From: Macrostomum hystrix
Lineage: Eukaryota; Animalia; Platyhelminthes
Direction: 5' to 3'
DNA: 64,000 nucleotides
NCBI GenBank assembly: GCA_950097015.1
Contig: CATNEN010000007.1
Location: 4,712,001 to 4,776,000, forward strand
The translations under genes were made by a program, and so were the position numbers. Below, piece after piece: positions 50,773-62,436 of the stretch. The notes under the pieces are model-generated. The model was not told the DNA's origin and made no database searches. It saw nothing but the letters and a program-made list of their open reading frames with translations. The first letter of the stretch is position 1. Every line of letters starts with the position of its first letter.

Positions 50773-51504
50773 AAGAACTTCAAAGTCAGGTGCTGCTTTA
50801 TAGTTGGCAAAAGCAATGAGAAGTTTTCTCATTTGCTGCAAAGCATATGCTCGTACATATATTCCGCCAATTTACCAAGACGATTTGAGGGACTATAAGC
50901 TTTCTCAAAATTGTGTTCACTTTATGTTGATTGCTTATTAAAATTCGGACACTGAAGCCATTGGTTTTCTTATTTTTTAATCAGAGAAAATTGCTCTTAT
51001 CAAACGTACCTACTATGTTTGTACCGGAAATAATAAAATTTTTGAGCTGGTGTTGATTATTTTATAATATTTTCCTTCTGCCGATCCTGCTTTGATACGC
51101 AAATATTCACGCTGTAAAATTGTCATTATGCCCGTACAAACAGAACTTAAAACAAACAGTTTAAGTACATTTAATGTAATATGAAGCGACATTATTAAAA
51201 CAAAAAAATGAAAAGCTAATGAATTGATTCAATTGAGTAGATAGGTAAGCTGGCAAGCTTAAACACACCATCGGAAATGGATTCGCCTCAATCTAATGAA
51301 ATGTAAGAAAGAAAAGAAATCAACTGGAAACTGTACGAAAACTGGCATTTTAACTTCTAAATATAAAATTCGAAAATCTATATATTCTAAATCTTATATA
51401 CTAAAAATGAAAATATCAACTAAAAAGATAATCATGCGCTTCCACTGAATATATCCTGAAGGAATCCTGAAAGTATCATATCAGAGATAACCCCCCTTGA
51501 GGAT

Positions 51505-52610
51505 ATTATCCGACTGAAGATTTCCTACTGAAGATATCCCGCAGAAGATATCCCACTGAAGAACTGAACATTATCCCACTGAAGATATCCCGCAGAAGAT
51601 ATCCCACTGAAGAACTGAACATTATCCCACTGAAGATATCCCGCAGAAGATATCCCACTGAAGAACTGAACATTATCCCACTGAAGATATCCCGCAGAAG
51701 ATATCCCACTGAAGAACTGAACATTATCCCACTGAAGATACCCTACTGAAGATATCCCACTGAAGAAATCCTACTGAAGATATCCTGCTGAACATATCAT
51801 ACAGAGGCTATCCAGAAGATATCCTATGAGGCTATCCAGAAGATATCCTATGAGGCTATCCTGAAGATAATCCTATGTGGCTATCCAGAAGATATCCCAT
51901 GTGGCTATCCTGAAGATATCCTATGTGGCTATCCTGAAGATATCCTATGAGGCTATCCAGAAGATATCCTACGTGGCTATCCTGAAGATATCCTATGAGG
52001 CTATCCTGAAGATATCCTATGAGGCTATCCTGAAGATATCCTATGTGGCTATCCAGAAGATATCCTATGAGGCTATCCTGAAGATATCCTATGAGGCTAT
52101 CCTGAAGATATCCTATGAGGCTATCCTGAAGATATCCTATGAGGCTATCCTGAAGATATCCTATGAGGCTATCCTGAAGATAATCCTATGTGGCTATCCA
52201 GAAGATATCCTATGAGGCTATCCTGAAGATATCCTATGAGGCTATCCTGAAGATATCCTATGTGGCTATCCTGAAGATATCCTATGTGGCTATCCTGAAG
52301 ATATCCTATGTGGCTATCCTGAAGATATCCCATGTGGATATCCTGAAGATATCCCATGTGGCTATCCTGAAGATATCCTATGTGGCTATCCTGAAGATAT
52401 CCTATGTGGCTATCCTGAAGATATCCCATGTGGCTATCCTGAAGATATCCTATGTGGCTATCCAGAAGATATCCTATGAGGCTATCCTGAAGATAATCCT
52501 ATGTGGCTATCCAGAAGATATCCTATGAGGCTATCCTGAAGATATCCTATGAGGCTATCCTGAAGATATCCTATGTGGCTATCCTGAAGATATCCTATGT
52601 GGCTATCCTA
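51505..52610. repeat. Intergenic GAAGATATCC-based repeats: 51-bp x4, then a 24-bp array (GAAGATATCCTATG[T/A]GGCTATCC[T/A])
   Basis: Tandem copies lying between the two MT-like genes. Confidence 0.92.
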
Positions 52611-53120
52611 TGGAAGAAACCCAGCTGAAATGACACTGAAGACATCCGAAAAGGAACATATTTTACCCGGCTGAAGAGTGTAGTCGTCCTGAAGGAATCA
52701 GCTGGGATTCATTCATCATGAATCTTAACTCAAGTTATCATTTGCGAGCTATCCAATAGATACACGCATTGACTTACGAGTCCTTTTTCATGAAGCTTGT
52801 TGGTGTTTTAATATCTCATTGCGTCGATAGCAAACCAGTTTTTGCATACTCGAGCCCGCTCACATTGCCGCTCATGCAGAAAACCCCATTTATGTGAATC
52901 CGCATTCCCATCAAAGCTTGTACCAAGGCGATAAGCAGAAAGCGACTCCCATATTTTGGGAGCGCCCCGAGTTCTATGTGAGTCCAAACTGGGTTACAGC
53001 TTCAAACCAATTTGCAGCAGGTTTATGTGAAGCCTACCAGTCCTTATCGCATACTGACGGCGTGCCAAAGCCAAGAAACCATGACGGTGACCGGCACACA
53101 CCTCCTATTCAATTTTTCAC

Positions 53121-53126
53121 TATAAA
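53121..53126 (+). promoter_or_regulatory. TATA box candidate for the 818-aa MT-like ORF
   Basis: TATAAA 110 nt upstream of the ATG, a spacing very similar to gene A. No perfect MRE was seen nearby (only GGCACAC at ~53094). Confidence 0.45.
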
Positions 53127-53230
53127 GCTTAGCGGCTCCATGACATGCCAGAGCAAGCACTTAACAGGCTCTGTATAATCTATCTATTTTTCACCTTGCT
53201 AACACTCCTACAGCCACTGCAGCAACTATC

Positions 53231-55687
53231 ATGGAAATGGGTGACTGTGAAAAGTGCAAGAGCAACACATGCGGGTGCCGTGAATGCAAGTGCGAGAGCT
53301 GCAGTTGTAAGGACGGAGACTGCAAGGACTGCAAGTGTACTGACTGCAAGTGTACTGACTGCAAGTGCACCGACTGCAAGTGTACTGACAGCAAGTGCAC
53401 CGACTGCAAGTGCACTGACTGCAAGTGTTCCGACTGCAAGTGTACCGACTGCAAGTGTACCGATTGCAAGTGTACCGACTGCAAATGTACTGACTGCAAG
53501 TGTACCGACTGCAAGTGCACCGACTGCAAGTGTACCGACTGCAAGTGCACCGACTGCAAGTGCACCGACTGCAAGTGTACCGACTGCAAGTGCACCGACT
53601 GCAAGTGTACCGACTGCAAATGTACTGACTGCAAGTGCACCGACTGCAAGTGTACCGACTGCAAGTGTACCGACTGCAAGTGCACCGACTGCAAGTGCAC
53701 CGACTGCAAGTGTACCGACTCCAAGTGTGACACCCGCAAGTGCCGTGAATGCAAGTGCGAGAGCTGCAGTTGCAAAGACGGAGACTGCAAAGACTGCAAG
53801 TGCACCGACTGCAAGTGCACTGACTGCAAGTGTTCCGACTGCAAGTGTACCGACTGCAAGTGTACCGACTGCAAGTGCACCGACTGCAAGTGTACCGACT
53901 GCAAGTGTACCGACTGCAAGTGCACCGACTGCAAGTGCACCGACTGCAAGTGTACCGACTCCAAGTGTGACACCCGCAAGTGCCGTGAATGCAAGTGCGA
54001 GAGCTGCAGTTGCAAAGACGGAGACTGCAAAGACTGCAAGTGCACCGACTGCAAGTGCACTGACTGCAAGTGTTCCGACTGCAAGTGTACCGACTGCAAG
54101 TGTACCGACTGCAAGTGCACCGACTGCAAGTGCACCGACTGCAAGTGCACCGACTGCAAGTGTACCGACTGCAAGTGCACCGACTGCAAGTGTACCGACT
54201 GCAAATGTACTGACTGCAAGTGCACCGACTGCAAGTGTACCGACTGCAAGTGCACCGACTGCAAGTGCACCGACTGCAAGTGCACCGACTGCAAGTGCAC
54301 CGACTGCAAGTGTACCGACTGCAAGTGCACCGACTGCAAGTGTACCGACTGCAAATGTACCGACTGCAAGTGCACCGACTGCAAGTGTACCGACTGCAAA
54401 TGTACTGACTGCAAGTGCACCGACTGCAAGTGTACCGACTGCAAGTGTACCGACTGCAAGTGCACCGACTGCAAGTGCACCGACTGCAAGTGTACCGACT
54501 CCAAGTGTGACACCCGCAAGTGCCGTGAATGCAAGTGCGAGAGCTGCAGTTGCAAAGACGGAGACTGCAAAGACTGCAAGTGCACCGACTGCAAGTGCAC
54601 CGACTGCAAGTGCACTGACTGCAAGTGTTCCGACTGCAAGTGTACCGACTGCAAGTGTACCGACTGCAAGTGCACCGACTGCAAGTGTACCGACTGCAAG
54701 TGTACCGACTGCAAGTGCACCGACTGCAAGTGCACCGACTGCAAGTGTACCGACTCCAAGTGTGACACCCGCAAGTGCCGTGAATGCAAGTGCGAGAGCT
54801 GCAGTTGCAAAGACGGAGACTGCAAAGACTGCAAGTGCACCGACTGCAAGTGCACCGACTGCAAGTGTACCGACTGCAAGTGCACCGACTGCAAGTGCAC
54901 CGACTGCAAGTGCACCGACTGCAAGTGCACCGACTGCAAGTGTACCGACTGCAAGTGCACCGACTGCAAGTGTACCGACTGCAAATGTACCGACTGCAAG
55001 TGCACCGACTGCAAGTGTACCGACTGCAAATGTACTGACTGCAAGTGCACCGACTGCAAGTGTACCGACTGCAAGTGTACCGACTGCAAGTGCACCGACT
55101 GCAAGTGCACCGACTGCAAGTGTACCGACTCCAAGTGTGACACCCGCAAGTGCCGTGAATGCAAGTGCGAGAGCTGCAGTTGCAAAGACGGAGACTGCAA
55201 AGACTGCAAGTGCACCGACTGCAAGTGCACCGACTGCAAGTGCACTGACTGCAAGTGTTCCGACTGCAAGTGTACCGACTGCAAGTGTACCGACTGCAAG
55301 TGCACCGACTGCAAGTGCACCGATTGCAAGTGTACCGACTGCAAGTGCACCGACTGCAAGTGCACCGACTGCAAGTGTACCGACTGCAAGTGCTCCGACT
55401 GCAAGTGTACCGACTGCAAGTGTACCGACTGCAAGTGTACCGACTGCAAGTGTACTGACAGCAAGTGCACCGACTGCAAGTGTGACACCCGCAAGTGCCG
55501 TGAATGCAAGTGCGAGAGCTGCAGTTGCAAAGACGGAGACTGCAAAGACTGCAAGTGTTCCGACTGCAAGTGCTCCGACTGCAAGTGTACCGACTGCAAG
55601 TGTACCGACTGCAAGTGTACTGACAGCAAGTGCAATGACTGTAAGTGTGACACCTGCAAGTGCCGTGAATGCAAGTGCGAGAGCTGA
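53231..55687 (+). CDS. Giant modular metallothionein-like protein B (818 aa, ~40% Cys)
   Basis: Single ORF of (CKCTD)n interrupted by a CRECKCESCSCKDGDCKD module. The 15-bp unit has no indels and its variation is mostly synonymous. Only M,E,G,D,C,K,S,N,T,R are used. AATAAA at 56132. Confidence 0.8.
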   Translation: MEMGDCEKCKSNTCGCRECKCESCSCKDGDCKDCKCTDCKCTDCKCTDCKCTDSKCTDCKCTDCKCSDCKCTDCKCTDCKCTDCKCTDCKCTDCKCTDCKCTDCKCTDCKCTDCKCTDCKCTDCKCTDCKCTDCKCTDCKCTDCKCTDCKCTDCKCTDCKCTDSKCDTRKCRECKCESCSCKDGDCKDCKCTDCKCTDCKCSDCKCTDCKCTDCKCTDCKCTDCKCTDCKCTDCKCTDCKCTDSKCDTRKCRECKCESCSCKDGDCKDCKCTDCKCTDCKCSDCKCTDCKCTDCKCTDCKCTDCKCTDCKCTDCKCTDCKCTDCKCTDCKCTDCKCTDCKCTDCKCTDCKCTDCKCTDCKCTDCKCTDCKCTDCKCTDCKCTDCKCTDCKCTDCKCTDCKCTDCKCTDCKCTDCKCTDCKCTDSKCDTRKCRECKCESCSCKDGDCKDCKCTDCKCTDCKCTDCKCSDCKCTDCKCTDCKCTDCKCTDCKCTDCKCTDCKCTDCKCTDSKCDTRKCRECKCESCSCKDGDCKDCKCTDCKCTDCKCTDCKCTDCKCTDCKCTDCKCTDCKCTDCKCTDCKCTDCKCTDCKCTDCKCTDCKCTDCKCTDCKCTDCKCTDCKCTDCKCTDCKCTDSKCDTRKCRECKCESCSCKDGDCKDCKCTDCKCTDCKCTDCKCSDCKCTDCKCTDCKCTDCKCTDCKCTDCKCTDCKCTDCKCTDCKCSDCKCTDCKCTDCKCTDCKCTDSKCTDCKCDTRKCRECKCESCSCKDGDCKDCKCSDCKCSDCKCTDCKCTDCKCTDSKCNDCKCDTCKCRECKCES

Positions 55688-57491
55688 AGTTGCAAAGGAC
55701 GGAGACTGCAAAGACTGCAAGTGTTCCGACTGCAAGTGCTCCGACTGCAGGTGTGACACCTGCAAATTATAGTTCGAGAGCTGCGAGTGCGAGGACGTAG
55801 CCTGCATGCAATGATGGCATTAAAGGCTAAAGATAGCTATCACAAGTGCAATTCTAGAACTGACAGAAAATTTCGAAGTGGAAGAAACCTCGGTCTAACA
55901 TTATTTTGATTTACAATCAGCCATTAAGTGCTTTTTACGTTCATTTTTGAGGGAATAATATCTAATTTGAGTTACATAATATGCTGCATTGATTTGACTT
56001 CTTTATATTTTGCTGCTGTTGATTTTACTCGTACTTTCTTATTTATAGTTCACGTCCTTGCTTGATTTCGCAGCCATCTCCACTTTCAAGTTTGATTGCT
56101 TAAGACAGAGTGCACATTTCCAATTTTTTTAAATAAACGTTAATTTGAAGCTAGCTTCTAAATGGACTTCGGAAACGCGATGAGACACATGCAGATATTG
56201 TTAAGAACTTGGCAACGGCAAGCTTGCGGCCTTAGGCCTAACAACTTATAAGATTTATAAAAACCGCCATTTTGGAGTTAGATGAAATTGAGTCAAAATC
56301 AGTACAACAGAATCGTATACAATTTATCAATGTAATTGCTTAATGGATTATCGTAATTAATTGCTGACGATACATATAAATTTACTGAAACTGTGGCCGA
56401 TTGCAAGCTAATCCATTGTGCGACAGCTGTGGCAGCTCATAGCGAAGTACACAGTGTTGTAACGTTTTGAACAAAGGAACATACAGTTTTATTTGAAAAA
56501 ACTGTTCCGACGAGCAAGACAACTATGTGGTCGGCGACCGTTAAAATGCAGCGTGGTACAAACCGAAATTTTGTGCTCTTTAAAACCTGGAAATCGATAC
56601 AAAAAGCTGGAATTGACAGCGGCTGCACGCTGCACTGCAGTCATTTATATGTTGTATTGTATGTGTTTTCTCAATGAGTTCTCGGTCACCCCGCCCAGAT
56701 GAGTTTAAGAAAGTAGAACCACATAGTGAAGTTTTCTATACTATTTTAATAATATATAGGAGCTGCTCTGATCTGCTCTGCAGCCCTCAACAACCCAGAC
56801 TAGAGAATATTATATGTTTAACGACAACTTGCGTGTGAAAGCCACAAACCTTGGCTGGATCATCTCAAGCATCCTTAGAGACTTTCTGCAAACCTTTATA
56901 CAACGTGCCGAACACTGGGTGTGTATAGCTTTGCTTTCTTCTAAAATCGTTAATTCCAAAAACCGTAGATCGCTGCAAATAGTAGTCATCTTCGACAGCA
57001 GACGAAACAGTGTAAACACTGTAAAGCATCGAGTCACTGCTTCCGGAATCAAACCTAATAACCTTTAGGAAGCAAACCTAGATGTTATCCTTGATCATAT
57101 GTTACACTCGAAACAAAATCACCAAATCTCTTACGACGCTGTCGAATCTGCAAAGAAAATAATTTACGATAGAATCTCGGACTTGCGATAACTAAGTATT
57201 TTAACTAACAAATATACATACATGCTTTTGGGTCCTACAAGCATAAAATTGTCTGACAATTTTTTATGTAAATAACATTAATTGAAAAAATTCCGACTGG
57301 CAAAATAGTGCTTTTAAGCTATTTTGACTTAACAGGAACCTGAAAAAAAGTCTAAAAAGTTTTCTTGATTTATAAGTAACTTATTAGGCCCCTACTACTA
57401 AATAATTAAGCGTTGTGGTTCAGCAACAAGCGTATACGTTTTCCTGTCGTATTTAATATTAAATGTTAAATGTACTGTCATTTATAGACTA

Positions 57492-58135
57492 GGGTAATGT
57501 ATCATCAACCAAACAAGAATGTGTATTTTTTTAACTTCAAACCTAAGCTACAGATTTTCTATTTTAGATATCATGATAAATCAAAAGCCAAGTTATAGAA
57601 AACAGTTACATCTTTCTAAAAAGTATCTGCTTTTGCTAATTTATCAAATATAAAAAAAGTTATTCCTGCTTTTTATCTAAAACCGAACAATGATTTTCAT
57701 GTATCTTCAAACCAAACAGAGAATTTGATGTTTGGTTTTACAATTTGAGTGAGTGGTTTAATCTTATTTTAAGGATGGAACTATCATGAATTATGTAATT
57801 TGAAAGCATTTTTCATGCTCTATAAATAACTACATTTATGGTCATTTAATTGGTAAGCAACCACATACAATCTTCATCTAAAGTACATACTGAAAAAATG
57901 TTGTTAAAAAGTATGCTTTTGCAATAAAAATTTCTACTGAATCATCAATATCTTTCTTTCCTCTTAATGCTTCATTGCACATCATGCCTCAGCTTGTAGA
58001 TAATTTCTTCAACTTTCAAATTAGTTGTTCTGTGAAACACAATAGCTTGTTTCTATCTTGCACGAGACCAAGGAAGAAGAAAAAAATTCTTGTTTGGTTT
58101 TGAAGATACACTGTTCGGTTGATGATACATTACCC
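57492..58135. mobile_element. Putative MITE with GGGTAATGTATCATCAACC TIRs flanked by TA
   Basis: Inverted terminal repeats at 57492 and 58135, TA on both sides, internal copies of GTATC[A/T]TCAA..CCAAACA in both orientations, AT-rich non-coding interior. Confidence 0.6.
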
Positions 58136-59250
58136 TATACCAAAGCCGTTTGATAACAACTTTAGCTTTGTACAAGCAAGCAAGATTTTCATTTTTAGTA
58201 TATTTTGTATGTAATAGGCCTAGGCCCTATTGACACCTACACTATTTAGATGACTTACCTACTGACTTAACCTTGTTACACTTTTTCTGCGTCTACATAA
58301 ATTGCGATAATAATATATGCCACTATTGACACACCATTATGCCTCAAGGAGTCTAGGGTGTATGCCTAGACATACTAAATAGCTAAATGGTCCCTAGGCT
58401 ACCCTACACAATGCACTGCACTTACACACTAGGCCTAGTCTACATTAGGCCATGTTATAGATGCTTGGCTTAAATACACAGTGGACTTTTATAACTAACT
58501 AGGCCTACTGGAAATTCTGCCTACTGTTTTATTAAGTATAAGTAATGAAACTTCTTTATAGTAAAACTATAAACAATTACTAACACAACCAATGGCAACA
58601 AGCTACTCAGATGGCATAGTAGTGTGCCACCCATTAAATAATTTTGCAAAATGTAACAAGGCAAGAATAAATCATATTTTTCTCCCAGTCCCTCCTGCCC
58701 TTTCTCTTCTCTCTTTCTCTTTGGTTTTGACCATGGACATGGCCATGCAGTGCCATGTTGTTTAAAAAACTTGTGTAATTTCAAGTCTTTAACAAAGCAA
58801 GTTTGTTGTCTTTCAAAAATGCAAAAATTTCAGAATAACATATGTGCAAAGCTAGAGGATTGCCAGTCTACTATACATATATAGCCAGCAAGTTTTATAT
58901 ACATATTTTCATATAATACATAAAATATTTCTTAAATACTTAGTTGTTTTTTTGATTTGGGTGTTTTTCAGTTGAATTATTTTCAAAACCTGAAAATGCT
59001 ACTTTTTATGATTAGCCATTCCAAAAAAATATAAATTCAAAGAATATCAATCATTGAAATTATTTAGGCTTTTTACTTTTTATACTATTATTTAATATTT
59101 TCTTATCAATCATTGACATAATTTATTACTTTTTTAGTTATTTAAAGCATAAGTACAAACCATTTATAAAATGATTTTTTCTTATACGAGTTTTCTCGTT
59201 CTTTCTCTTGTAGACTATAATATACTCATAGCTATGGTTATCCTAGTTTA

Positions 59251-61609
59251 TTTCTGGTAGCTACAGAGGATCAGCCCTCCTGTTTCTGGTAGCTACAGAG
59301 GATCAGCCCTCCTGTTTCTGTTAGCTACAGAGGATCAGCCCTCCTTGTTCTGTTAGCTACAGAGGATCAGCCCTCCTTGTTCTGTTAGCTACAGAGGATC
59401 AGCCCTCCTGCTTCTGGTAGCTACAGAGGATCAGCCCTCCTTGTTTCTTGTAGCTACAGAGGATCAGCCCTCCTGTTTCTGGTAGCTACAGAGGATCAGC
59501 CCTCCTGTTTCTGGTAGCTACAGAGGATCAGCCCCCCTGTTTCTGGTAGCTACAGAGTATCAGCCCCCCTTGTTCTGTTAGCTACAGAGGATCAGCCCTC
59601 CTTGTTCTGGTAGCTACAGAGGATCAGCCCCCCTTGTTCTGTTAGCTACAGAGGATCAGCCCTCCTGTTTCTGGTAGCTACAGAGGATCAGCCCTCCTGT
59701 TTCTGGTAGCTACAGAGGATCAGCCCTCCTGTTTCTGGTAGCTACAGAGGATCAGCCCTCCTGTTTCTGGTAGCTACAGAGGATCAGCCCCCCCTGTTTC
59801 TGGTAGCTACAGAGTATCAGCCCCCCTTGTTCTGTTAGCTACAGAGGATCAGCCCTCCTGTTTCTGGTAGCTACAGAGGATCAGCCCTCCTGTTTCTGGT
59901 AGCTACAGAGGATCAGCCCTCCTGTTTCTGGTAGCTACAGAGGATCAGCCCTCCTGTTTCTGGTAGCTACAGAGGATCAGCCCTCCTTGTTTCTTGTAGC
60001 TACAGAGGATCAGCCCTCCTTGTTCGGTTAGCTACAGAGGATCAGCCCTCCTTGTTTCTGGTAGCTACAGAGGATCAGCCCCCCTTGTTCTGTTAGCTAC
60101 AGAGGATCAGCCCTCCTGTTTCTGTTAGCTACAGAGGATCAGCCCTCCTTGTTTCTGGTAGCTACAGAGGATCAGCCCCCCTTGTTCTGTTAGCTACAGA
60201 GGATCAGCCCTCCTGTTTCTGTTAGCTACAGAGGATCAGCCCTCCTTGTTCTGTTAGCTACAGAGGATCAGCCCTCCTTGTTCTGTTAGCTACAGAGGAT
60301 CAGCCCTCCTGCTTCTGGTAGCTACAGAGGATCAGCCCTCCTTGTTTCTTGTAGCTACAGAGGATCAGCCCTCCTGCTTCTGGTAGCTACAGAGGATCAG
60401 CCCTCCTTGTTTCTGGTAGCTACAGAGGATCAGCCCTCCTGCTTCTGGTAGCTACAGAGGATCAGCCCTCCTTGTTTCTTGTAGCTACAGAGGATCAGCC
60501 CTCCTTGTTCGGTTAGCTACAGAGGATCAGCCCTCCTTGTTTCTGGTAGCTACAGAGGATCAGCCCCCCTTGTTCTGTTAGCTACAGAGGATCAGCCCCC
60601 CTTGTTCTGGTAGCTACAGAGGATCAGCCCCCCTTGTTCTGTTAGCTACAGAGGATCAGCCCTCCTGTTTCTGTTAGCTACAGAGGATCAGCCCTCCTTG
60701 TTTCTGGTAGCTACAGAGGATCAGCCCCCCTTGTTCTGTTAGCTACAGAGGATCAGCCCTCCTGTTTCTGTTAGCTACAGAGGATCAGCCCTCCTTGTTC
60801 TGTTAGCTACAGAGGATCAGCCCTCCTTGTTCTGTTAGCTACAGAGGATCAGCCCTCCTTGTTCTGTTAGCTACAGAGGATCAGCCCTCCTGCTTCTGGT
60901 AGCTACAGAGGATCAGCCCTCCTTGTTTCTTGTAGCTACAGAGGATCAGCCCTCCTGCTTCTGGTAGCTACAGAGGATCAGCCCTCCTTGTTTCTGGTAG
61001 CTACAGAGGATCAGCCCTCCTGCTTCTGGTAGCTACAGAGGATCAGCCCTCCTTGTTTCTTGTAGCTACAGAGGATCAGCCCTCCTTGTTCGGTTAGCTA
61101 CAGAGGATCAGCCCTCCTTGTTTCTGGTAGCTACAGAGGATCAGCCCTCCTTGTTCTGTTAGCTACAGAGGATCAGCCCCCCTTGTTCTGTTAGCTACAG
61201 AGGATCAGCCCCCCTGTTTCTGGTAGCTACAGAGGATCAGCCCTCCTTGTTTCTGGTAGCTACAGAGGATCAGCCCCCCTTGTTCTGTTAGCTACAGAGG
61301 ATCAGCCCTCCTTGTTTCTTGTAGCTACAGAGGATCAGCCCTCCTTGTTCGGTTAGCTACAGAGGATCAGCCCTCCTTGTTTCTGGTAGCTACAGAGGAT
61401 CAGCCCCCCTTGTTCTGTTAGCTACAGAGGATCAGCCCCCCTTGTTCTGTTAGCTAGAGGATCAGCCCTCCTGTTTTTGGTAGCTACAGAGGATCAGCCC
61501 TCCTTGTTCTGTTAGCTACAGAGGATCAGCCCCCCTTGTTCTGTTAGCTAGAGGATCAGCCCTCCTGTTTTTGGTAGCTACAGAGGATCAGCCCTGCTGG
61601 TTCTGGTAG
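59251..61609. repeat. 32-34-bp minisatellite, duplicated copy with an empty hAT site at 60235-60242
   Basis: Same unit and variant order as the array at 43107-48862 minus the transposon. Confidence 0.95.
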
Positions 61610-62305
61610 CTACACGGTATCCACCCTCCTGGTGGATAGCGAATAGCAAACGTAGTAGCCTAGTAGTTAGAGTGGTTGACTCACGACTTAAGGGTTAAGG
61701 GACTCACGGCATCGATTCCCGACTTCACTTGAACAATTGGAGTAATTGATTGATTAACAGTCTGGTTTAATGAAATATTGAAATAGCTGCGGCTGTGCTG
61801 TTGGCTGCTCATCTGGCCCAATTAGGGCAATGTGTAGTAAATTATTGTTTTATGTATTGAGGCGCACAAAAAGAAACAAAACTTTCAAATACGTGCCTGG
61901 AGGTATTATTATTAATTAATGCTTAATTATTCTAAGTGGCAGAATTTTTTACCCTGATTTTGAGACAACTTGCAGTCAAGCATCGACTTGGGGAAATTGT
62001 GCCCACCGAACAAAGTATTTCGTCAGCCCAACGTATACAGCACGTTAGATAGCGAAATCTCATGATTCCCAACTTTGCCCCATAGCGACGCCCACAAATG
62101 TGAACACGCATTCCCAAAGTTTTTTTGTTTACGACAAGCAGGGCTTCCCATAGCACGGGAAGGCATTCACATATCGAAATCTATGTGAGACCAGAGGCTC
62201 CCATTTCTGTGAGCACCAAGCAGCCACCCCAACCAATTGGGGTTAGTGTTAGGCTGCTGCGCTTATCGCTATGTGAAGCTCTGAAGAAACCAAAAATAGC
62301 TCGCC

Positions 62306-62330
62306 GTGTGCAGTCTCCGAAGGCTATAAA
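62306..62330 (+). promoter_or_regulatory. MRE core plus TATA box, duplicated copy
   Basis: GTGTGCA at 62306-62312 and TATAAA at 62325-62330. Confidence 0.6.
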
Positions 62331-62436
62331 TGCAGCACACCTGAGGCACCCAGGAAATCCTCAAGAAACTCGACCAAGCGATCCAGCTCGACAATCTAAA
62401 GCCAGAAATTAGCAACACAAGCCAACAAAGACGGTA

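Noticed and set aside
49662-50841. Overlapping ORFs in other frames or strands of MT-like gene A (LAVLAF, HLQFLHSQ, RTANARTAS, MQELQVREL), and the same at 62409-63588
   Set aside because: They are shadows of the 30-bp repeat. Only the Cys frame has a TATA/MRE-linked ATG and synonymous third-position variants such as TGC/TGT and AAC/AAT.
51877-52528. ORFs in the 24-bp array between the MT-like genes (AILKISYE, EDILCGYP)
   Set aside because: The array has 1-nt indels and in-frame TGA in the EDIL frame, with no promoter or start context.
53145-55807. 875-aa (TASAP/TASVP)n and (VGTLA)n ORFs and the 834-aa (HLQSV)n ORF
   Set aside because: Alternative frames of gene B. Variants that are silent in the Cys frame are non-synonymous here. 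Not formally excluded without transcript or proteome data.
56810-57052. HTQCSARCIKV-containing ORF, vaguely like a C-terminal transposase motif
   Set aside because: The match is short and degenerate, with no supporting TIRs or further motifs. A tblastn search would be needed.
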